DNA of 64,000 nt from a virus (Duplodnaviria > Caudoviricetes), in the IMG/VR virus record IMGVR_UViG_3300010011_000004, positions 1 through 64,000 of that record; one strand, 5' to 3'. Below, piece by piece: positions 58,473 through 64,000 of this stretch. The notes beneath the pieces are model-generated. The model saw only the letters and a program-made list of their open reading frames with translations, did not search any database and was not told where the DNA came from. Position numbers and translations under genes: made by a program. The first letter of the stretch is position 1. Each line of letters begins with the position of its first letter.

Positions 58473-59852
58473 TTAATTGGTGTTGCTTGGAGCTTTTGAA
58501 TCGGCTTTTAAAGGATTCTTACCTTCCAACGGAAGTTCATCATCAGGTTCTTTGTCAGGCTTATTTCTGCCGATTTCTGCAACACCGTCATCTTCAGGTA
58601 ATAAGTCTTTATCTTCTTTACCTATCTCAGATTTATTCATTCCAGATACGCCATTATCTTCGGGTAATAGATTTTTATCTTCTTTGCCTATTTCAGATTT
58701 ATTTTTATTTACTATGCTGTCATCCTCTAATGACTCCCAATCAAATGGATTAATAGATGATCCTTCTAAAGATTCAACTTTTTCTAGATCATCTTCATCT
58801 GATTCTTCTAGATCTTCATCCAGTTCTTCTAGATCTTCATCCAACTCTTCGTCAATAAATTCGTTCGATTCTTTGCTTAAATCTTTAGGCATATCCAGAT
58901 TTTCATCATCTAAGTCATTTGATTCGCTATCTAAGTCGACAAGATCATCATCTTCGAGCTCATCTTCAACGACTACTTGCCCTTCGACATTACCAGGAGA
59001 GCTTTTGTTAATTATATCTAATGCTTTAGATTCATATTCTTCTAAATCATTACGGAGTGCTTCCATAGCTTCATCAAGATCAGGCGAATTAGGATTAGTT
59101 GAATTTAACTCATCCAATCTATCTTGGATCGTTATTTTAATATTTACTAAATCGGTAATAGCATCCAGATCTGGAACAACATCGATCGCATTATCTATAG
59201 CTGATATCAAATGATCAGCTCTTTCAGTTAGCTCATTTATTTCTTCTAGTACTTTGTCACCAATGTTATCATCGTCTTCGAATTCTTCTTCATCAACGTT
59301 AATATCAAGTTCATCTTCTTTATTATTTTTGCCGACATTAAATTTAGGAAGATCATCTTTGGGTATACTTGTGAGATCTTCGTGTGTATCAGAATCGAGA
59401 TCGTCCTCTGGTGCAGCCGCCATAGCAGCATTTTGTTGATTATTGCGTATAAATTCATCGGCTTTGGCTTTATTATTTGTTTGAAAAACAATTTTCTCTT
59501 GACCGCCTTCATTAACTACTACATAATAGTTCCCGACGCTGTCAGATATGACTCTCATTTGAGCCGCAGCTATAGTTTTTGTCTTTTCAGGTTTTCTATC
59601 AGCGGTTAATGATTCGATAGAATCTTTAACGTATTCTCTAGTTACATACAGATCAATAACCGATAAATTATCCAATTCATTGTAAATATCAGCTATTAAA
59701 TTATCATAATCCTCATTTTTATCCTGCATATTTGATACCAAGCTAGTTAGCATAAATTTTATATCATCTTTTAATCTATTTTTAACCATTTTGAATATTA
59801 GCCTCCTATATATTTGAGTTTCCAATATATATTTAAATTTACTTTTAAACAC
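58473..59852 (-). CDS. Very acidic head-module protein with an internal 22-aa repeat
   Basis: 459 aa, D/E-rich; NKSEIGKEDK(N/D)LLPED(N/D)GV occurs twice. Confidence 0.7.
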   Translation of the reverse strand: MFKSKFKYILETQIYRRLIFKMVKNRLKDDIKFMLTSLVSNMQDKNEDYDNLIADIYNELDNLSVIDLYVTREYVKDSIESLTADRKPEKTKTIAAAQMRVISDSVGNYYVVVNEGGQEKIVFQTNNKAKADEFIRNNQQNAAMAAAPEDDLDSDTHEDLTSIPKDDLPKFNVGKNNKEDELDINVDEEEFEDDDNIGDKVLEEINELTERADHLISAIDNAIDVVPDLDAITDLVNIKITIQDRLDELNSTNPNSPDLDEAMEALRNDLEEYESKALDIINKSSPGNVEGQVVVEDELEDDDLVDLDSESNDLDDENLDMPKDLSKESNEFIDEELDEDLEELDEDLEESDEDDLEKVESLEGSSINPFDWESLEDDSIVNKNKSEIGKEDKNLLPEDNGVSGMNKSEIGKEDKDLLPEDDGVAEIGRNKPDKEPDDELPLEGKNPLKADSKAPSNTN

Positions 59853-59864
59853 TTTTTAACATTT

Positions 59865-61739
59865 TTACAATTCTTCCGGAACTTCTTCAGTTTCAGTTTC
59901 TTCGGTTTCTTCTTCACCAAATTCTATTTCGCCAAGAGGACCTTCAAGTGATTCTGATTCTACTTCTTCAGCGCCTTCTCCTAATTCTGTACCACCTAAA
60001 CCTTCGCCTTCAAATCCGCCACCTAGACCACCGCCTAAACCACCACCTTCTAGCATGCCTTCTTCATTTAATTTTCCTGGTTCTTGTTCATTAAATATGA
60101 TTAAATTCTTCTGTTGCTCTACCATATCTACCATATCTTCAATATCATCATCACTGAGCCCAACTATATTTTTTAACACCCACAATTTAGGAACATTAGG
60201 AAATGATTTCATAAATGAATCAGCCGTATTTAGTCGATTATAAATATTTTCTGTTCTTATATTATCTTCAATTGTTTTAGGTGCTGGTAAAGATAAAGTA
60301 ACTTTGTTATAAAATTGTGGATTGTTTGTTAACAAGAAACACGCATTAACTAATTCATTTAATGCGTTATTAATATCCGTTTGATACTTTCTTATCGTCC
60401 TGCTGAACTTTATATCTTCTAGAGTTAATAAAGCTCTTGTGCTAGCTGATTGTTCTTCAGCCAGATATGCTGGTGGAATTCCTAATGCAGCTATAAGTTT
60501 TTTCTTAAAATATTCGGCATCATTAATATAAGGAGATATATCTCCACTAGGAACTGGTTCAGCTTTGATTAGTGGCTGCCCATTGATAGAAGGACTCCAT
60601 ATATCTTCTTCTAATGACATCATTTCAGGTATAGAATCTAGAGCTGTAGTACCATTGTTTTCTGGATCGATAACTCTTTGGCGTCTTATTCTGTCCATTA
60701 TTCCATTAATTAATGAAGGAATTTCTGATTCTGGAGTCGATCCAACTTCGATGTTCCATACTGTTCTTAATGGAGTACGAGTCGCTCGATAGATAGACAG
60801 TGCAGCTTCAACTAACAGCAATTGCTTAGCAATCGATCTTACTGGATCGAATAATGATGTACCGTAAGGATAATACATATTATTGTAATAAACTGGAAAT
60901 TTAACATATCTTCTAGGCGAAAGATATTTATATTTAGCTCCCTGATTCTTAAATAAATCTTCCATTAGTGCTTTAATCTGCATCTCAATATGTCTTTCTT
61001 TATCGTCATCCATTCTGCGAATATCGCTTACTATTGAAATGAATTTATCTGGAACATCAATGTTTAACGTCGGATACGCATATGATAACATATCTAACAA
61101 TTTAGATGATTCAGCTTCTTGTTGAATTATAACTCCCAGTTCTATATCAGTTTTTTGGTCATAAAGTATAGTACAGTTCTTCGGCGTGTGTAATATATAT
61201 CGTATACCTGATTCTGTTGTGTCTAATTCAACTATTGAATCTCCATAAAGAAGTGTAGTATATATTATCTGTGGCAATATATCAAAAAATTTACTTCTAT
61301 TCAACATTACTCTACATAATGTTTTAGCGCTTTTGCTCAGCGGAGTATCATCACTTATATCAAATTGCATTTGGTTTTCTCTATCGCCGACATTAGGTGC
61401 TAATATGCTGTCGACGTAAACTTGCAAAGCTTGAGATGCTTCAGGTATTCTGTACAATATTTGTTCATATTCACTATAACGCGCTGCTCTTCCAACTTGC
61501 AGATCGAAGAATTTTTCGAATAATGACTGTCCAAATATATTGGATGATGTAACAGATTGCAATAGTTTTGAAAGCTCTTTTTGAGGTATTAATTTGGATA
61601 TATCTAGTTTCTTAGCAGAATCATCATATATCTGACTATCATACATCAATTTATTATATTGCTGTAAGTATTTGTTCAGTCTATCACCTATATTTCCAAA
61701 TAATGCGGCTTTATCTCTAGGCAATATTATCATCTCCAT
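59865..61739 (-). CDS. gp20: Portal protein (gp20-like)
   Basis: RYSEYE, YGTSLFDPVR, LVEAALSIYRATRTPLR..W.IEVG, EEDIW.P, YFKKKLIAALGIP.AYL, EDIKFSRTI. Confidence 0.93.
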   Translation of the reverse strand: MEMIILPRDKAALFGNIGDRLNKYLQQYNKLMYDSQIYDDSAKKLDISKLIPQKELSKLLQSVTSSNIFGQSLFEKFFDLQVGRAARYSEYEQILYRIPEASQALQVYVDSILAPNVGDRENQMQFDISDDTPLSKSAKTLCRVMLNRSKFFDILPQIIYTTLLYGDSIVELDTTESGIRYILHTPKNCTILYDQKTDIELGVIIQQEAESSKLLDMLSYAYPTLNIDVPDKFISIVSDIRRMDDDKERHIEMQIKALMEDLFKNQGAKYKYLSPRRYVKFPVYYNNMYYPYGTSLFDPVRSIAKQLLLVEAALSIYRATRTPLRTVWNIEVGSTPESEIPSLINGIMDRIRRQRVIDPENNGTTALDSIPEMMSLEEDIWSPSINGQPLIKAEPVPSGDISPYINDAEYFKKKLIAALGIPPAYLAEEQSASTRALLTLEDIKFSRTIRKYQTDINNALNELVNACFLLTNNPQFYNKVTLSLPAPKTIEDNIRTENIYNRLNTADSFMKSFPNVPKLWVLKNIVGLSDDDIEDMVDMVEQQKNLIIFNEQEPGKLNEEGMLEGGGLGGGLGGGFEGEGLGGTELGEGAEEVESESLEGPLGEIEFGEEETEETETEEVPEEL

Positions 61740-62301
61740 TCTGGTTATCTTCTGTTACAATGGATTCTTCTTCGTCTAATTCTTTTTGTAATTTTTCCAC
61801 GCTAAAATATTCCGCTGGTTTTTGCTCAGACACGCTAGTTATAGCGGCTACATCTTGTTGAGTATCGATAATATCATGACATTCAGCTTCAAGCGTATGA
61901 TCATCAATTTCAGGATGTATATTATTTTGATCCAGTTTATTAAAAACAGCTAGCAATAAATTTCCAGCTGTACCAGCTAGTTGATAACTAGCATCACAGC
62001 TTTTCTCCTTTATTTCCAATTCTTTTTTCTTGGTCAATATATCTAAAATAGCTTTTTTAGTTTGGATACGTTTCAAAGGTAATTCTGATTTAAGTCTAAG
62101 CATGTTAGTAATAGCTTCTATATTTGAAGCTCGCAATGCTCTTCTATCATTAAAATTAGAAAATAAATTTAATATATTGTTCAGAATCAAGTCGACTTGT
62201 TGGTCAACAGATTCTGTCTTCTCTAATTCTTCTTCAAGTGAATCGATGTATTTATTTAATTGCTCTTCATCTTTTAGTAAATCAATGTTTAAGCGTTTCA
62301 T
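61717..62301 (-). CDS. Hypothetical helical protein upstream of the portal (small-terminase-like position)
   Basis: 194-aa ORF; function not supported by any motif. Confidence 0.5.
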   Translation of the reverse strand: MKRLNIDLLKDEEQLNKYIDSLEEELEKTESVDQQVDLILNNILNLFSNFNDRRALRASNIEAITNMLRLKSELPLKRIQTKKAILDILTKKKELEIKEKSCDASYQLAGTAGNLLLAVFNKLDQNNIHPEIDDHTLEAECHDIIDTQQDVAAITSVSEQKPAEYFSVEKLQKELDEEESIVTEDNQNGDDNIA

Positions 62302-63206
62302 AATATCTCCTCTTCTTTATTTGTATTTTCCTGTTCAATATTATTATTTTCTTCAGGTATTTCAGCCAGTTTTTCTTCTTTTATTTCTGGTATATTTTCT
62401 TTTTCTGGTGTAACTTCCTCTATCTCTCGCTCTTCAGTTTTTTCTTGAGGCTGAGCAGTTTGTGGCTGATTTGTACTAGCAAACTTTTCCTGAATTTTAT
62501 CATTCAATTTGCCAGCTGTCAATTCTCTAAATAATTTTTTAACTTCGTCAGATTTAATCTTATCGATATTTTTCAGCGCACTTTCGATGACATTCTTTAT
62601 ACCTTTGTCTCCCAATTGTTTTTTCAATCTTTCTAATCCCTTTGGAGACATTAAGCCAAACGCCGTTTTATAATATGGTATAAGACCTTTAGCAAATTCA
62701 TTAATATTCTTTTCAAAATTAACTAAAACAAGCCATAAATGTTTGCAAACTAAAAAATTACGACCAGGATCTCTAATATCTGGTGGTCTTATTTCACCTG
62801 GTCCATAACAAGATCCTATTTGTGTTAAATTGTATTTAGCTCCCCAATAAAGAAAAGAGCTATCAGTACAGAATAGCTTGGCTTCATCGTGAATTAAAAA
62901 TGTTTTGATAAAATTTACTATTTGATCTTCAGGTGTATCGATCAAATATAGAAGTAACAATGCTGGCTCAAATTTTTTAAAATCGACTAACTTAACATAC
63001 TGATCATAAGACTTACCTGATATTCTTGATCTAGTTGTAAATTTTATTGTACCATTTATCAGGAACGAATAATACAACGCTGATCTAACATTAACGTAAG
63101 ACTCCCAATCTTTTGAATTCAGATGCAAGCCTCGATGTTGGCTGTATTGTCTTTTAGCATAATCAAGCAGATAATTTAATTTAGCCGATAAAACTGTTTT
63201 TTTCAT
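62298..63206 (-). CDS. SWIM-like zinc-finger protein
   Basis: CTDSSFLYWG...VCKHL; acidic C-terminal tail. Confidence 0.6.
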   Translation of the reverse strand: MKKTVLSAKLNYLLDYAKRQYSQHRGLHLNSKDWESYVNVRSALYYSFLINGTIKFTTRSRISGKSYDQYVKLVDFKKFEPALLLLYLIDTPEDQIVNFIKTFLIHDEAKLFCTDSSFLYWGAKYNLTQIGSCYGPGEIRPPDIRDPGRNFLVCKHLWLVLVNFEKNINEFAKGLIPYYKTAFGLMSPKGLERLKKQLGDKGIKNVIESALKNIDKIKSDEVKKLFRELTAGKLNDKIQEKFASTNQPQTAQPQEKTEEREIEEVTPEKENIPEIKEEKLAEIPEENNNIEQENTNKEEEIL

Positions 63207-63222
63207 TCTTAAATCTCCTCAC

Positions 63223-63999
63223 CTATTGTAAGGCGTACATTAAATAATAAGGAAATTGCATTATCGAATACAGTAAGTGCGGACAAAAGTAATTTGCCGC
63301 CCCAAGTTTTTTAGAATGTTTTCTTATATATTCTGGACAAGTGCATCTAGCAAAGAATTCAGTAAATCCCAACATAGAAAAGTATAAAAACAGTGTATTA
63401 TAATCTTTGCTCAACTTTAACGGAGTACCTTTGAGTCCATATATGTTGACATATTTATCATTGGGTATAATTCCAATTATGTTCTGTAAAACCATGCCAT
63501 AATTACCATCTCTAAAGACAGAACTAAATTCAACTTTACCACTGCTCTTGTCAATTTTAATATTATTTACTGAAAAATAGTTATTCAGCACTCTATCTTT
63601 AACCCAATTAAATATTTGTTTAGCTTCATTCTCTTTATTTTTATCATTTTTTATTTTGTTTAAATCTTTTGATTTATTTCTATCAAATAGAAACTCCAAT
63701 CCAAAAGGAAAATATCTTTTTGATTTTAAGAAATCTAAATTATATCCAAGTAAAGCTTCTGGAGCATCGGATATAATAATTGATACCACAGAATTTTCAA
63801 TATCCACATGAGTATATTTTACATAAGGATTCTTGATATTATTTACAGGCTTGCTAGCTGTAATAGCTCTCTTTAGTTTCTTATTTAAATTTATTAGATC
63901 TCGTGCATCTCTTTCAGCTTCTTTATACTTAAGTATATTTCCGCCATAATTGTTATTTAATATAGAAAATACTAATTTAATAAATTGATTTTCTTTCTC
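63223..63999 (-). CDS. SWIM zinc-finger protein, C-terminal part (starts beyond the window end)
   Basis: RCTCPEY...FCPHL; the frame stays open from 63807 to the window edge, so the track's GTG start is probably internal. Confidence 0.65.
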   Translation of the reverse strand, partial: EKENQFIKLVFSILNNNYGGNILKYKEAERDARDLINLNKKLKRAITASKPVNNIKNPYVKYTHVDIENSVVSIIISDAPEALLGYNLDFLKSKRYFPFGLEFLFDRNKSKDLNKIKNDKNKENEAKQIFNWVKDRVLNNYFSVNNIKIDKSSGKVEFSSVFRDGNYGMVLQNIIGIIPNDKYVNIYGLKGTPLKLSKDYNTLFLYFSMLGFTEFFARCTCPEYIRKHSKKLGAANYFCPHLLYSIMQFPYYLMYALQ

Positions 64000-64000
64000 A

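Noticed and set aside
1-64000. Archaeal host (GGTGA RBS, RFC/PCNA-like genes, DUF1874)
   Set aside because: Peptidoglycan peptidases, a sigma factor and -35/-10 promoters indicate a bacterial host.
1-64000. tRNA genes, reverse transcriptase/DGR, stop-codon reassignment
   Set aside because: No tRNA T-loop/cloverleaf or YxDD RT noticed by eye; conserved genes are intact under code 11.

Overview
AT-rich segment of a large T4-like (contractile-tail, probably jumbo) bacteriophage. The host is probably a Gram-positive, possibly anaerobic, bacterium: this is inferred from two M15 peptidoglycan peptidases, sigma-A-type promoters, strong AGGAGG/GGTGAT RBSs, class II RNR and ThyX. 1-24.5 kb (minus strand): tail fibre, baseplate, spike, PAAR, tape measure and chaperone genes, then dCMP deaminase, DnaB-like helicase and a gp55-like sigma factor. 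24.6-25.4 kb: non-coding strand-switch region with four tandem 16-bp repeats and two abutting perfect 40-bp palindromes (origin-like), followed by a non-autonomous IS200/IS605 tnpB element. 27-54 kb (mostly plus strand): replication, recombination and nucleotide genes, plus early accessory genes. These include clamp loader, clamp, RNase H-like exonuclease, Mre11/Rad50-like pair, Ski2-like helicase, PolB, ThyX and a T4 gp42-like dCMP-modifying enzyme. 54.7-64 kb (minus strand): head module. Main highlights: (1) nrdJ is fractured by a naturally split intein at the thiyl-radical Cys, with a free-standing endonuclease between the halves whose start codon is sequestered in a 16-bp RNA hairpin; (2) a catalytically dead stand-alone Hint-domain gene after the polymerase; (3) a 282-nt group I intron in the major capsid gene; (4) a probable cytosine-modification pathway; (5) a DUF1874/AcrIII-1 ring nuclease and two orphan Panacea/YwgA-like antitoxin paralogs. 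All family assignments come from motif recognition by eye; no database searches were run.
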